This document shows, one piece after another, positions 1 to 14,100 of a stretch of DNA of 60,479 nt. The DNA is from Octopus bimaculoides. Its lineage: Eukaryota. Both the position numbers and the translations under genes were made by a program. Positions within the stretch are counted from its first letter, which is position 1. Each line of letters opens with the position of its first letter. The DNA lies in NCBI RefSeq assembly GCF_001194135.2, contig NC_068993.1, positions 23,128,971 to 23,189,449 of the forward strand. The letters are read 5' to 3'. The notes below the pieces were generated by a model that did not search any database, was not told where the DNA came from, and was given only the letters and a program-made list of their open reading frames with translations.

Positions 1-231
1 CTTAGGTATAATAAAAAAATATTCAGACAAATACATAACAAAAATACCAGGACTTACAAATATATATAACATACAGAAAATTGCACTACTGGGTACTGCA
101 CACATCATACGCAAAACACTTTCAATACAGCAACCATAAGAGCACCACAGCAAACCACATCACATACCCAAGGCGCACAGAGCTGCGCTCGGTAGTGAAG
201 TGGAAGCACGTTATAAAAATAAAACTACTGG
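1..231 (+). mobile_element. 3' end of an R4/Dong-like (RLE-type) non-LTR retrotransposon: ORF C-terminus plus 3' UTR
   Basis: Frame 2 (2-139) reads LGIIKKYSDKYITKIPGLTNIYNIQKIALLGTAHIIRKTLSIQQP*, matching the IPG...QKxALLGTAxIxRKxL C-terminus of R4-clade ORFs. A short UTR and a (TAA)n tail follow. Confidence 0.85.
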
Positions 232-249
232 ATAATAATAATAATAATA

Positions 250-320
<71 letters not shown>
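232..320 (+). repeat. (TAA)n microsatellite; tail/target of the R4/Dong element and internal tract of the hammerhead SINE
   Basis: Near-perfect TAA run between the Dong 3' UTR and the SINE 3' half. Confidence 0.95.
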
Positions 321-322
<2 letters not shown>

Positions 323-465
323 CAACAACATTTCCCCCAGACACCTGATGCAGCCTGGAGGGTATATCAGCCGAAATGTTGCATTAACAGCAAACAAGAT
401 GAAGGCAAATACATCAAATGTAAATAATGTATATAATTCCTCATCTCTTAAGTATAGATCTGTAA
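321..465 (+). mobile_element. 3' half of the hammerhead-bearing SINE, ribozyme core degenerate
   Basis: ttcccccagacacCTGATGCagcctggagggtatatcagccGAAAtgttgcattaacagcaaacaagatgaagg...aatgtaaataatgtatataattcctcatctcttaagtatag aligns with 45106-45255. Confidence 0.85.
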
Positions 466-705
466 TATATATTTGTTATGATCTCCACCTAACATTTACT
501 TTGTTATTAGTATCTATCTCAGACAATTCATTGAAATTACTGCGAACATTTCCAGGTGCTGCCTTCTAACTCTCATAACTCCTGCGATGTGAATGAACGT
601 ATTTAACAACGACTACACGTGTCTTAGATTCCGGTGAATTTTCAAACCCCAAACAAATTCTCTGGCATTTTTACTGCGAATAGACCTCTTCTTTCTATAT
701 TTATA

Positions 706-795
706 AATGTGTGTGTGTGTGTGTGCATATGTGTGCATATGAGTGTTTGTGCGTGTGTGCGTATGTGTGTATATACATACATATATACATATATA

Positions 796-877
<82 letters not shown>

Positions 878-935
878 AACATACACACACAGAAAAACGC
901 GAGCACATTCACACACACACAAACACACAGATGCA
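706..935. repeat. Compound (TG)n/(CA)n/(TA)n microsatellite
   Basis: Directly visible dinucleotide runs. Confidence 0.95.
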
Positions 936-2805
936 CACAAAAGTATTTACACAGTGGTTACTTTGGGTAGCACTGATCATGTTCTTTAACCCCAACGCCA
1001 ACTATGTGTGTATGTATGTATTTTTAAAGTTTTATTATTGCTGCTCTTCTCGGTATCATTAATATTGTTCCTGTTTTGTTGCTGGTGTTGTTTTTGGTCA
1101 GTATTATTTCTTCAAACTGTAAGGAATTCCATGAGGAATTTTATGACCAGCTTCTTAGATAAATGTTTGTTTGTTTTTTTTTATAAACAATTCTTTCTTT
1201 GTTAATGCTTCGAAAATTAGAGTAGCGACTAAATTAATAAACAGGATTTCTAAAACAATTTTCAGGGTGTTTCGTTAAACAAGTTTCTAAGCCAGAAGAA
1301 CTTTAGAGGACCGGGTATCCACATTGGAAATTTCTGGTCTGAATCACAATTTTTTCATGAAGTTTCGTGGTTCCCCCAATTTACTATATTATATCCGAGG
1401 ATCCCCTAATTCTTAAACGTATCCTCAGGATCCATGTGGACTTCGCTTGACAACCCCTGATCTAAAGTTTCTCTTTTGTGCTCCAGCATGTGCCTGTGTG
1501 TAGACTACGTGTTTCTTTGCAATACCGTAGGATATATCCGTAAGATAGTAATAAGTGTAGAATTAGTATATAATTCTGCTGTAAATATGCTTAATAAATA
1601 CAGATAAGATGGGGGCATATTTATTTAAAAATTAAATGGAGTTAGATTTAAGTCGTAGTATCTGTCAAATTTAGCGAGAGCTACAAACACTTTTGTCGTT
1701 TATATACACAGGAAACTCTGGCAATCTCCGAGGCTGATAATTTGAAATTATCAAATAAACAAAGCGGTTTAATAATTAACGGGTCTTTCAAAATGTCATG
1801 AATAGCGATTGGAGTAAATGCACAGTTGATTCGATATAACTCAATTAAACGGTATTTTTAATATACGTTAAACCATTTAATTGCCTTACTTCTTTTTAAC
1901 TTTCTTACCATTCTTTTTCTTATTTCAACTGCGAAGGAAAGAATCTATTGAAATGAATTATACGTAAGAATATAAAATTGATATACAGGCAATGTATTTT
2001 TCCATGTAATAATTCTAACGACATTCCCATATATAATTGTATTTATGACTTTAAAGGGATTTTGTTCACACCTAAATGTATTTATATATTTTAATGTGTA
2101 CTGTCAAAATGATACTATAATTCTGCAAAGAGTGTTCTAGGTTCAGTTAAACTAATGATAAAACGATGACCAGTCAGTACTATGAGGATTGTTTTCTTGT
2201 TTCTATGCTTTACTTTTCAGGTCATCAATATTATTGCTTTCTTATTTATTGATAGTGCCTGCATTTGATCTACCATATGATATATTAGTTTTCATGCTAT
2301 TGATTTCCGTATTATTTATTACCTTCATGTACAGTTGTAAATGTTATTAAGTAGTGGATAGATTACATCAGCCAATATAGTTTTACCAGATAAGGGAATA
2401 GCTCTCATTGGATCCTTTAGGTTTTGCGTTCTTTGAGAATACTGAACCTTATAAACGATTCGTATTTGTGTAGACGTGTTGCTTACATTTGTTATCTATT
2501 ATACATACTGGGATACATTCATGAAGCATGCTTTGCACAGGTGCTGCTGAGTAGCCCTCCATGTGGTGGATGTTTGCATGGTCTAAATGTGTTATCGTGT
2601 GTATGTATATTTGTCTCTACGCGTGCGTGTTCTTGCCGTTGTCTATTTATCACATGTATGTCTATCCTGTACTATAAATTCTATATCAAAATGTCATGAA
2701 GTGCTTTACGGCGAGATAATATATATTATGATTTTGAAGTCTATTTTATAATGCAAATAATACTAAAGTTATCGCTTCTGAATTTCTAAAACTTGTTTAC
2801 TGCAC

Positions 2806-3085
2806 TGGGGCGTGGTTTCGTGGTTAGGATGATCGGTGTATTGCATCCTTCAGCAAGACACTTTATTTCACGTTGCTCCTGTCCTCTCAGCTCGCAAAAA
2901 TGAGTTGTGCATGTAATTAAAAGGGCTGGCCTTGTCACATTGTGTGTCACGCTGAATCTCGCTGAGAACTACGTGAAGGGCACCCGTGTACTGGGAGTGC
3001 TCAGCCACATGCACATTAATTTCATGAGCAAGCTGTTCCGTAGATTGGATCTACTGGAACCTTGTCGTAACCGACGGAGTGCCAG
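2806..3085 (+). mobile_element. tRNA-derived SINE with a CORE-like central block, degenerate
   Basis: A-box-like ggcgtggtttcgtggttagg, then gcatccttcagcaagacactttatttcacgttgctcc (CORE-like); GC-richer than the flanks. Confidence 0.6.
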
Positions 3086-4639
3086 TTAATGCATTTAATA
3101 TATTCACAAACTTCTTAAAAATAATTATCGGTTACAGAATCAGTATTAATACAAAAGAAAGAACACAACCTTTATACACAAATGAACGTGGATATTTTGC
3201 TAGAACACTGAATACTGCGATATTCACCTTGAGACGTCCTCTCATATAGATGAGTGGCAGAAAGACCACATATATATCTTACCAATTCATTGGTAAGTCA
3301 CATAAATATAGGTATAATTCAAAGTACACGCTGTAAATTAAACAGGGAGACACAATTCTCAATCTAATAATTTATTCATATTATAATGTAACATAATATA
3401 CAATGAATATAATATAATATAACATAAACAGTTATTAAGAAACCAAATAAGCCAATAATTTGTTTCAACTGGTATGTATTTTTAAACGATTCAATTCCCT
3501 TATATAAGCCCCATCAGAGTGAAAGGTTTGAAGATAGACAAAATTCCGTGTGAAAGGACGGTTGGATTGTCAAAAATATTAATTCAAATGACTATGTGTT
3601 ATACGCGTGAGCATTAGCCATTCAATTACATATCAATTACAATTAAAAACAACAAAATTATAACGGACAAAATAATTAAGTAAGTACGTAGAATCCACAT
3701 CTATCGAAATAAGTTTCTATACATTTCTTCATATCTCAAATAATATTAAATTAAACTCGTTTATGTCGAAGACAATCTTTCACTATTTTAATAACATACA
3801 GCAATAGCGTATAAGTATATAATTAAGTATCAGGGTCTTACTTAATCTGGAAACTGTAATAAAATGTGAAAAAATATAAATAATAGTTATATATTTAATA
3901 TAAAATAACTCTATGATTTATTTACAGTTATTGATATAAAAATGATTGTTTAACGTAACTAATAAAACATGTTCTTTATCTATTGTTTATCCGAGAGAGA
4001 ATTCCGTAATAACAAAGATAAATTTAGGGCTACAAACACTATAACCTAAAATACCCCATAGATATAGGGTTAGGCTACAATAATGGTTCTCAAAATATTA
4101 CTAGTTTTTTTTTATAGAAGGAACCAGATTTGAAGTTACTTAAATAAGGTTTATTACTCAAATAAGTGATATAAACAAAAGCAAGGATTGAGTATTTACC
4201 CTCGAGAAAAATAATAATAATTTTTTCATTGACTGACTATATATAGTATATATCCAAATTTTATTAATTCTTTCATAAGTAACAAAATAATATTGTACGA
4301 AGAATACAAGTTATAAAGTATGGAATGGTATAATGTTAATTATTATGCTTATTAATGTAGTTAGTAAGTCAAATAAAACTATTTCTGTAATAATACAATT
4401 ATTATTATTATTGTTATAATTATAATGAATTGATTAATAAATATATTGAATGTATTTACACATAATTATTTACAATAATGAAGACATCTCATATTAAATT
4501 ACTAATATAATGATGTATTTTAGAGTAACGACAACCATGTGCACTAAAAGGATTCAAAAAATTCTGAATTATTCCACTAAAAAATTAATATTCTAAATTC
4601 AACATTATGATATAGATTAAGATGACAAAAGTTAAAATA

Positions 4640-4716
4640 TGCATACATACACACACATGCATATATATATATATACATTCATACATATACATACACACAC
4701 ACGTATATATACATAT

Positions 4717-4781
<65 letters not shown>

Positions 4782-4815
4782 CACATACATACATACATTT
4801 ACACACACATATAAT
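4640..4815. repeat. Compound (CA)n/(TA)n microsatellite
   Basis: Directly visible. Confidence 0.95.
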
Positions 4816-5149
4816 AATGAGTCATATAAGGGAATTGAATTGTTTATATTATATTCATAGTATATTATGCTATATTATAATATGAACAAATTATTAGATT
4901 ATCAATTTTATCTCTGAATTTAATGTATTGATTATATAGATGATATTAACGGTCTGCAGCCGTTTGCTCAACATGCAGAAATTGAACACCTATGTTGTAT
5001 ATCTTTAACTACCCCTGAAGAGATTCGACTTTCGAATAATTTTTAATTCGATTAATTAATTTTCTGAAGGTTTGGAATTGAAACAACTCAAAGGGATATT
5101 TGTCAATTTTAAAATTAATAAATAGTAATTTATTAATTAACTCTCTACT

Positions 5150-5886
5150 CTCTCATGATTTGAATGAAAATCACAAAATGTGCAGATATTGAATTTGCTC
5201 GTCGCCTATTCTCCGTTACCAGAACGATCGATTTCTCAAACGTATTGTAGCTTGCGATGGAAAGTAGATTCTGTACAATAATAAAAAACGTTCTATCTAC
5301 ACAGTGGTCGGACCAAAATGAAGCGCCAAAAGCCTCCCCCTAAACCGTAACTCTTTAAAAAGAAGATTATGGTCACCGTTTTGTGGTGTACTGCTGGAAT
5401 CATCCACTATAATTTCTTAAAACCGGGAAAACAATTTCCTGCAGAAACCTAGTGCCATGAAATTGCCAAAATTAACGAAAAACTGCTTTTCTCCATCCCA
5501 GACTGGTCAACAGAAGAGGGCCAATCATTCTTCTTGACAATGCTCGACCACACGTTTCAGTAATGACAATCCAGAAGTTGAGGAATCTTGGCTATGAAGT
5601 TCTTCCTCACCCAGCTTATTCACCACTTCTTCAAACACTTTGATGATTTCCTTCGAGAGAAGGAGTTCAAAAACCAAACCGATGCTTAAAGTGTGTTCAA
5701 AGAATTCATCAGCTCCAGAAATCCAGGTTTTTACGTTACCAGAATAAACAAATTTGTAACTCGTTGGTAAAAATGTGTTGATTGTAATGGTACTTACTTT
5801 GATGTATAATATTTCGACATTGTATAAATATATTCTAACGAATTTCATGTTTCAAAACGTTGCTTACTTTTTACTCAGTCTGGTAT
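5150..5886 (+). mobile_element. Mariner transposase pseudogene (C-terminal two-thirds) with probable 3' TIR
   Basis: Manual translation: HDLNENHK..RFLKRIVACDGK*ILYNN..KKIMVTVLWCTAGIIHYNFLKPG..GPIILLDNARPHVS..LGYEVLPHPAYSP..FFKHFDDFLREKEF..KCVDCNGTYFD*. It has stops and frameshifts, and the DLxPxDYH motif is deleted. Confidence 0.9.
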
Positions 5887-8289
5887 ATTGCCGGTATTGT
5901 CATACTCTTCAGACAACCTGACCTTTAGAGAACATTATTAACTGACGAAATATGTAAAGCTGCCATATGTTAAAGCGGTTTACAAGCAAATATTAATAGC
6001 AAAACTATCGTAATCACTTACCCATTTTCTGTGATGAACACCCAAAATAAATTTGGGGAACATTTTAAGTGGAGTGCTGGAAGTTACAGTGATTTTTTTT
6101 CATTGCATCTGAAAAGGTAACAATGTCCGAAATGTTTATTTTTATGTTTATCATTTTTTTCCAAAGTTTTGGTTGTCAAATTAGGGTGCGTCCTCGAGGA
6201 CGAAGCGTCTTCGACGCCGAGAAATGTGGTATATATGTAAGAGTGTTTGTATTCCCCAACTTCTAATCATCTCTCGTAGTTCCTCATTGATATGCATATA
6301 AGTGATTATATAACTGTCGCAAAAGAGGCCCCCGCAATTAAAGTTTTCAGGGGAAGGCCAATAAGCAAACCTAAACTCCTGAAGGTGTCGAAAAATACCC
6401 AGGAATGTTTTCTATTTAAGTAACATTCAACTTATATTTTAGAATAAATTTCCTCATAGTTCCTTTGCACCTTGAATTTCAAAAAGGCTTATCGATGTCA
6501 ATAGTGATGTTACCCTAGCTTTCTGCAGTTATAAGATTCTTTGCAATGTCTTTTAATGGGAATTTCTAGACTAAAGTGATAGTATATCACACGACAACGC
6601 AAACTGAATATTCGTTTAAAATTTACATATGAATGGATGGAAGAAAAAGTAAGGCCGCTTTTTTTCTTTCTGCTAAATAAAGGTACTGTACAAAACTTTC
6701 TTCCAAAATACTATGTGTATGAACTTTAGAAGGAACAATACAAACGCTTTCAAAATTTTCAAAGAAAACTTTTTCAGCAACCATACACATCCATGATCTA
6801 AATGCCTAATTCATTGCAGGAGGGTAACTACATTGTTTATTTTTAATATTATACTGCATTATAATTGCAGCACTTTGAAGTATTCTCTTGAATCATTGGA
6901 ATGCGACCACTATATTTATTGATTATTTGTGGATCATTTAAAATAGGCAAACATCCCAAAAATTGTTTTCACTTTTCACTGCCTCCATTAGGCACGCTTA
7001 TGTAAAATGTGCATGTTATCAAATAATAACATATGTGTGTGTTCATGTGTATGTGTTCATGTGTGCCATGGTGCATATATACTCATATATATATATATAT
7101 GCATGTGTGTATGTGTATGAGTGTGTGTATGAGTGTGTGTATGAGTGTGTGAGTGTGTGTAGTGCGTGAGTGTGCATGTGTGCGTATCTGGGTGTGTTTG
7201 TATGACTGCTTTCTCATATAACCAAATTGATATATTTCACAAATCGCACCGAATATTTTTCTGAATCTTACTTACCATTTAATTAGGTGAACTAATCTTT
7301 TGTAAGTACAGCACCCAGAATATTTCCTTCATATGCACAGATGGTACTTTTTGTACTAAATACGAAGTAGAGCGGTATTCAATTGTCACTGATTGCTATA
7401 CGATGAAAACATACTAGCGAAAATCCAATACGATTTTATGAGACGTATTTCTGAGTGTAATAGTTTTTTTGTTCTGGAAAGTGACATTTCTAGTTGACGT
7501 CATCATTCCCTTGCTGAGATGCAGAAAGCAGACCAGGAATCAATGGCTGTATTAGTCATCATTGTACGTGTAGGTGTATATTCATAATTAATTATTTCTA
7601 AAGAAAAAAATAAATGAAAATAGTTATAACATATTATTTACTAAGGAAACAAAACATTGCAGCACTCCTTTTAGTACAGCAATTTAAATCTATAAATATT
7701 TTGAGCTGATTTCAACGCTGAGTGAAGTAATAACACAATACCGAATGTACACCCACATACACTTTCTCTTGAAGAGATTCTATACGGCTAATACTTGGTT
7801 CCATGATTGCATGTATTATTACGCGTTAAGCCCATATTTGATTTAAATTAGTTTCCAGCTTTCAACGAAAATATTCTTTCGAAATTCTATAGTTAATGAC
7901 TTACTACGGATTTCAAATAGCTTGTTAAGAAATTGATATATACTTTTAGATGCATTAGGAGAGCTCATCTAGTCCAACAATTATGGAAGTGATATTTAAG
8001 GTCTCATTGATCATCCTTATTCTGTCATATTGGTTAGTGGTGGAAATACAATAAATATGAAGTATACAACAAAAGTAACAGAAAAGTTCTGAAATTCTTT
8101 TCAAATTGTATATTATATATATATATATATATATATATNNNNNNNNNNNNNNNNNNNNNNNNNNNNNNNNNNNNNNNNNNNNNNNNNNNNNNTATATATA
8201 TGTATATGTGTATGTATTGCGTTGAGTCGATATTTTGGTAATTTATTTGCTTTATCCGACAAGGTACAACAAAACAGCCTAGAATTCGA

Positions 8290-9015
8290 AGTGGAGGCCA
8301 TCATGTTGCACCGTCTAAAGCCAACTTTCTACCACTCCCTTTGATTTTCCTCACGGATGCTAGTTCGTATCCTTCATGGCAAAGAACTCCATTCGTGAAG
8401 CTTTCATCTCCTCTTGATTGATGAAGCGCCACGAATGCAGTAAGAGAGGCATGGATTTAACACGAATTAATCCAAGGAAGATACCATTCCGCAAACCCAG
8501 CGTATTTAACAAGTCATTAAGCAAGGGCCAATTTCCTAAGCTGTTACCAAATATGGGCGTCTCGAATACTAGGTGACACTCTGCGTCTGATGGAAATATG
8601 AGGGCATAATACACTACGAGTTCGTTCCGATCAGTAAAACTGTCGATAGCAAACTGTACTTCGAACAGCTGGAGCTCATGTATGCATTTGTTTGGCTAAA
8701 ATACCGGAATTGATTAACTAAAAGCAAGCGCTCCCACAACAAGACCATTCCGATCCTCATATCGGTCAAACGATCCGGGATAAACTCCAGTAGCTTGAGG
8801 GAATCAGACCATTGCAAGCCCATCATATTGTCCGGACAAGCTCTCTCCGATTATTATTTCGATGTATAGCTCATCTCCTGCGCTCGCGACGATTCATCAA
8901 TAATGAGCAGATGGAAACTTCAATGAAGAAGTTCCTTAGTTTGAAGGACAAGTATTGGTATAAGCGACGGTGGCGTCAAATGACGAAACACGACGATATC
9001 TACTTTGAATGTTAG
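8290..9015 (+). mobile_element. Mariner transposase remnant (different subfamily)
   Basis: VTLCV*WKYEGIIHYEFVP..LYFEQLE..SDYY(L)FRCIAHLLRSRRFINNEQMETSMKKFLSLKDKYWYKRRW..HDDIYFEC* is a mariner C-terminus with multiple disablements. Confidence 0.8.
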
Positions 9016-11789
9016 ACCGCTTTTGTTGTAACTTTACGAATAAATCAAATAAGACACCAAAGTATTGCAAAGCATATGACTAGGAATAATACTTAAAATC
9101 TCTGTCAACAAATCGATCACTAATGGGGTAAATCATACAAGATAGAGTGGCTTTGAATAAAAGAGTATATATTTAGTTTTCTACTGATTTACAGCTATTT
9201 TAATCTATTTAGATGTCTATCCAACTTGATTCGCGTTTACCTTTCAATCTTATTTGCCCTATCATAAACAGCGATCCCAAGTCTCTTCATCCTAAAATGA
9301 AAACTTTCAATCGATCTTAAGAAGTTTGTATAAAGGCATCTGTATGCAACACCTCAGTTTATTGTGCCAGGAAGTTGGCGGCAATTCGGTCTGCTTCAAG
9401 TCAGTGGTAAACATTTCCGAAGTGTAAGGTGCCACTGCATATTTTATTGCCTCTGCTTTGAATTATAGGTGTTACACAAACAGGCATCGGTTACAAAATA
9501 TTTATATCTTCCACGTATGATCTTTTTTCACTGTAATCTGTACAATTCCTCTTTAAAACATGTGTACTGGAACATATTCAATTTTAAACTATACTACAAG
9601 TCTTTTATTTGCAAAAGATAATGTACAGAAACATAAGAAAAGTATAGATAATTATATTGGGAAATAGCATTGATACTTTCATGTTTATATGTAAAGACGA
9701 AGAATGGAAAGGAAACAAAATGGAAAACTCCTTTTTCCATTCATTGGGTAACGTTGAAATATGATTTGCTATTATCAATAGTTTTGATATGATATTCATC
9801 CATTAGTTCAATTAGATTTTGAAGCTATAAAACGTGTAGATGCATTCATGCAAATACCCTTGCAAATCAATCCAGATGAGTGTTTTTCTATTACAATTTA
9901 ATCAAAATAGGAACATATAAAATGCAATGTTTTGCAGTGAATTAATGTCGTATTTTTGTAATCTTTCAGTATAAATGGTTGAAAATTTCCTCTGGGAATA
10001 CAATATCAATTTCCATATTTCTGAGTAAATCCTTCGTTTGAAACCGTAGCTGACGTGACATTAAAGTGACGTTTCAATACATCACAGTTTAGAAAACAGA
10101 TATGTGAGGAATATTTGTGAAATATTTGAGATGATATATTTCAAGATTCATGCAAATATTATCTTATTCTATGCTATATTTAGTAAAATCACAAAAGGTT
10201 GCGAAGAAGGATTAACGAAAATTCATGTATACTATGTCATTGCATACATTGTTTTTATATTAACATTTATATAATTCAAATCACTAAATCGGCTTAAATG
10301 AACCACGTATCTTAAATATGATTTCGTATTTCAGCTGCAGCAATATGATTAAATTCCATATTTTCTTCAAAGGTAGCGTACCCAGTTTCAGACGGAGCGG
10401 CAGCAGGAAAAACCTATTTGATTAACCTTTTGAAACTTCCCTGATACAGTATAGCATTCCCATATATATATTTCAGTTGTGAGTGTTATGTTTCAAGAGG
10501 CTTTTGCAAAGCTATGAATTCATAATTTACACAGAAATAGCCATGGACAAAATCACCGCTTCCTATCTTGAGACTGATTCTTATTATATAATTTAAAATG
10601 TATCGCATAATTGAATATATTATATAATCTTTAAATATTTTGAGGTATAATTGAATGACAGAAATAATTGTAAGCAGAAGTACACAAATAATATTGGACA
10701 GTTTCCAGACAGGTCATTTGAAATGAAGAACGCCTTCGGATGCTCTTTACATAGGTATAAATATTTATAGGTCTTAGGTATATTTCAGACAAATTTGATT
10801 TGACCATCATTATGAAAGTAGATTCATATCATATTCAGCTGAACCGATAGATAGAGAAATTGGCAGTCATAAAAATATTGAAAAAAATTGCTACATTCTT
10901 TTATATTTGTTTTGTTTAGTCTCTTTTCAAATTATTTTATCACATTTGGTTAAGTTCTACTTTGAGCTGAGTTCTTTCTTTAATTTAAAGAGTTTATAAA
11001 AGGTATTGTGTATAGAACAATGTAATCAATAAACTGAGATGCAAAATATTCTGTTTGTATAGAAATCATGAAGTAAACAGCCTTAAGGTTTATAGGTTTC
11101 TGTACTTTATTTTCAGATATGACTTTGCGATAAGAAACTTCCCACCAGGAAATAAAATACTAGAACCTTTTCAGAAAGACATTTTCAAATGGAAAAGGAA
11201 ATAAAATCCAAGAATCACATAATAGCTTCAATAGTAAAGAGAAATGGAGAAATAGCAGATCGGAAAAACATTTTTTTGTGAATAGCTGATAAAATAAGGC
11301 ATACGTCTGCAATGAAATATAATGCTTACAAGGATTGTTAAATAAATGCATTACCAAGGAAATATATAATATTGCTCAAATTATTTCAATGAAAAGCTAA
11401 AATGTTCAATAATAATACTTTGTGGGTAATAATACTTCATTGGATAGAAACGATCTGATGATACTAAGTAACCCCACTGTGTCATATATTGCTTCTGTGA
11501 AATCAAAACTTTGTGGAATTAACAAAGAAATTAGAATTTAAGTCCTACAAGCAAACTGGTTCTGTTGAAAGCATATATAGAAGTATAGACTAGTCCACAA
11601 ATAATACACCTTCCCTATGTATCACCCTTTCCACGGACCTAGATACTACAAAGGGCTAAGTCCCTCAGTAATATTCTATTAACATATTGTATATTTATTT
11701 CACTAGAAAGAAGTTCTTTAAAACAAACAAGACATATTTCTTCAGAACTGAAAGACTTACTTTCGACAAAATAATCCTAGTTACACTCA

Positions 11790-12195
11790 AAAAACAGTTG
11801 TTTCAAAGAATGACGAGGTTGCTTTATCTAAAAGGAACACGATGGCCTCTATTTTGGGGATGCAAAAGACAATGTGAGTATTGACTATCTTCAAAAGGGC
11901 CACTTCATCAATGAAGACTACTACGTTGAGACAGTTACGAAAAGACCAAAAACCGAGGAAAACTGACAAAATGAGTCTTGATTCATCAACACAATGCTCC
12001 AGTACTCATTTGCCCATCAAACTATTATCTGTTCCCAATCATGAAAACACACTTGGCTGGGAACTAGTATGAAAGTTGTCATGTGTCCTGTTGATGGCAT
12101 TTTGTCCAACAGAATGTTAGTTTCTCTACCAATGGGATCCATGGAAGAGAAGATGTGTGTAGGCTGCAAGGCGGAATATACTGAAAACTATATCG
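11790..12195 (+). mobile_element. Short mariner transposase remnant
   Basis: IDYLQKGHFINEDYY/LRQLRK..GKLTK*VLIHQHNAP..FPIMKTHLAG..SFSTNGI..KMCVGCKAEYTEN fits mariner catalytic and C-terminal motifs. Confidence 0.7.
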
Positions 12196-12379
12196 CATTT
12201 GGTCACCTTCTACGAAAATATCTTGGTCAGCTTATGTACTTTTCAGTCGACCCTCGTTTCTATAAATTACTATGTCGATGATAGCTTGAAATATTTACTG
12301 TGAAAATGCCATCATAATACAGAACTTCTTTTGTTACTGAAGGAGGAAGACAAAACAAGTTTAAGTGTTACAACATGGG

Positions 12380-12900
12380 CCTGCATTAGAATGCTCTCAA
12401 TTGCGATTCACACAATGTCATGATCATTTCAGAATTCCATATCTTTCAACATACTTGCAAGTCTTTTCAAACTTGTAACCTTCTGTTGCACAATACAACT
12501 TCCATACAATCTTCTGTATGGATTGTTTGATATTGCTGTATTGTACAGCAACACTCGCTTTATTTTACTATGTTGTCTCATCCACATAGAAACAATATTG
12601 TATTTTGTACGCATAGTCATGCACAAGTCTTCAGGTTGTGATATATACTCTACATTTTTCTTAAACTTTCGGACTAAAGTTTGTACACATTTTGTCCATA
12701 AAATATTATTGTTTTCATAGGTTTAATTATTTTGAACTCTGAGACAATATTTATACAGCTTAGAATTGACAGAAGATATAAAACACTTGCTGAAGGACTT
12801 TCCATCTGTTTGCAGGCCCATCTGAAGTCGTTTAACTTCAAGCTTAGTTTGCATATAACTAAAGATCTCATATTTGCGGGTTCAAAAAAGTTTAGTCCTA
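12380..12900 (-). mobile_element. Possible hAT (Buster/Charlie-like) transposase remnant
   Basis: One minus frame gives YCFYVDETT**NKASVAVQY..ATEGYKFEKTCKYVERYGILK*S*HCV, weakly resembling hAT FSLQxDETT..TTGxxIF motifs. Highly decayed. Confidence 0.3.
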
Positions 12901-13169
12901 ATAAATCAGTAATGACGTAATGGGCGGAGTGTAACTATCTGTTTATGCATAAAAGGTTATTCAGATTTCGATTTCGGTGTTTGTGAAGTTTGCTTTAATC
13001 AGGTACGCTGATCATACATGTAGAGATATGAATATAGCAAACTGAATTTGTTTTCGTTTGCATATTCAAATTCATGAGCACCCAAGCATTAATATATGCC
13101 TTCATATCATATGATAGTATAAATGATATGCATTTTAGAAACTAACATATCACCTTGCACACAGTAAAA

Positions 13170-13231
13170 TATACGCGTACATATACATACACACACACAC
13201 AGAGACACACGCACACACACACACAAACACA

Positions 13232-13295
<64 letters not shown>

Positions 13296-14100
13296 NNNNN
13301 NNNNNNNNNNNNNNNNNNNNNNNNNNNNNNNNNNNNNNNNNNNNNNNNNNNNNNNNNNNNNNNNNNNNNNNNNNNNNNNNNNNNNNNNNNNNNNNNNNNN
13401 NNNNNNNNNNNNNNNNNNNNNNNNNNNNNNNNNNNNNNNNNNNNNNNNNNNNNNNNNNNNNNNNNNNNNNNNNNNNNNNNNNNNNNNNNNNNNNNNNNNN
13501 NNNNNNNNNNNNNNNNNNNNNNNNNNNNNNNNNNNNNNNNNNNNNNNNNNNNNNNNNNNNNNNNNNNNNNNNNNNNNNNNNNNNNNNNNNNNNNNNNNNN
13601 NNNNNNNNNNNNNNNNNNNNNNNNNNNNNNNNNNNNNNNNNNNNNNNNNNNNNNNNNNNNNNNNNNNNNNNNNNNNNNNNNNNNNNNNNNNNNNNNNNNN
13701 NNNNNNNNNNNNNNNNNNNNNNNNNNNNNNNNNNNNNNNNNNNNNNNNNNNNNNNNNNNNNNNNNNNNNNNNNNNNNNNNNNNNNNNNNNNNNNNNNNNN
13801 NNNNNNNNNNNNNNNNNNNNNNNNNNNNNNNNNNNNNNNNNNNNNNNNNNNNNNNNNNNNNNNNNNNNNNNNNNNNNNNNNNNNNNNNNNNNNNNNNNNN
13901 NNNNNNNNNNNNNNNNNNNNNNNNNNNNNNNNNNNNNNNNNNNNNNNNNNNNNNNNNNNNNNNNNNNNNNNNNNNNNNNNNNNNNNNNNNNNNNNNNNNN
14001 NNNNNNNNNNNNNNNNTATATATATACGTACATGTGTGTTTGTGTTTGTGTGTGTGTGTGTGTTTGTGTTTATGTGTATTTGCATGTGTGCATTTGTATA
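13170..14100. repeat. (CA)n/(TA)n and (TG)n microsatellites flanking an assembly gap
   Basis: Directly visible; N-run at about 13296-14016. Confidence 0.95.

Noticed and set aside
81-1062. Long ORFs such as 81-569, 634-1062 and other poly-N, HT, CV or YI frames throughout the window
   Set aside because: They are translations of (TAA)n, (CA)n and (TA)n microsatellites with no coding signature.
5015-5040. CTGAAGAGA-ttcgactt-TCGAAT
   Set aside because: Stem II is only 2 bp, GAAA is broken and there is no stem I; compatible with chance.
7480-7590. Candidate host exon (AG...GTACGT) in unique sequence
   Set aside because: No frame stays open between plausible acceptor and donor sites with a recognisable peptide.
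10391-10445. DGAAAGKTYLINLLK, resembling a Helitron PIF1 Walker A motif
   Set aside because: Only about 15 residues, followed by a stop, with no flanking helicase motifs; too short to support.
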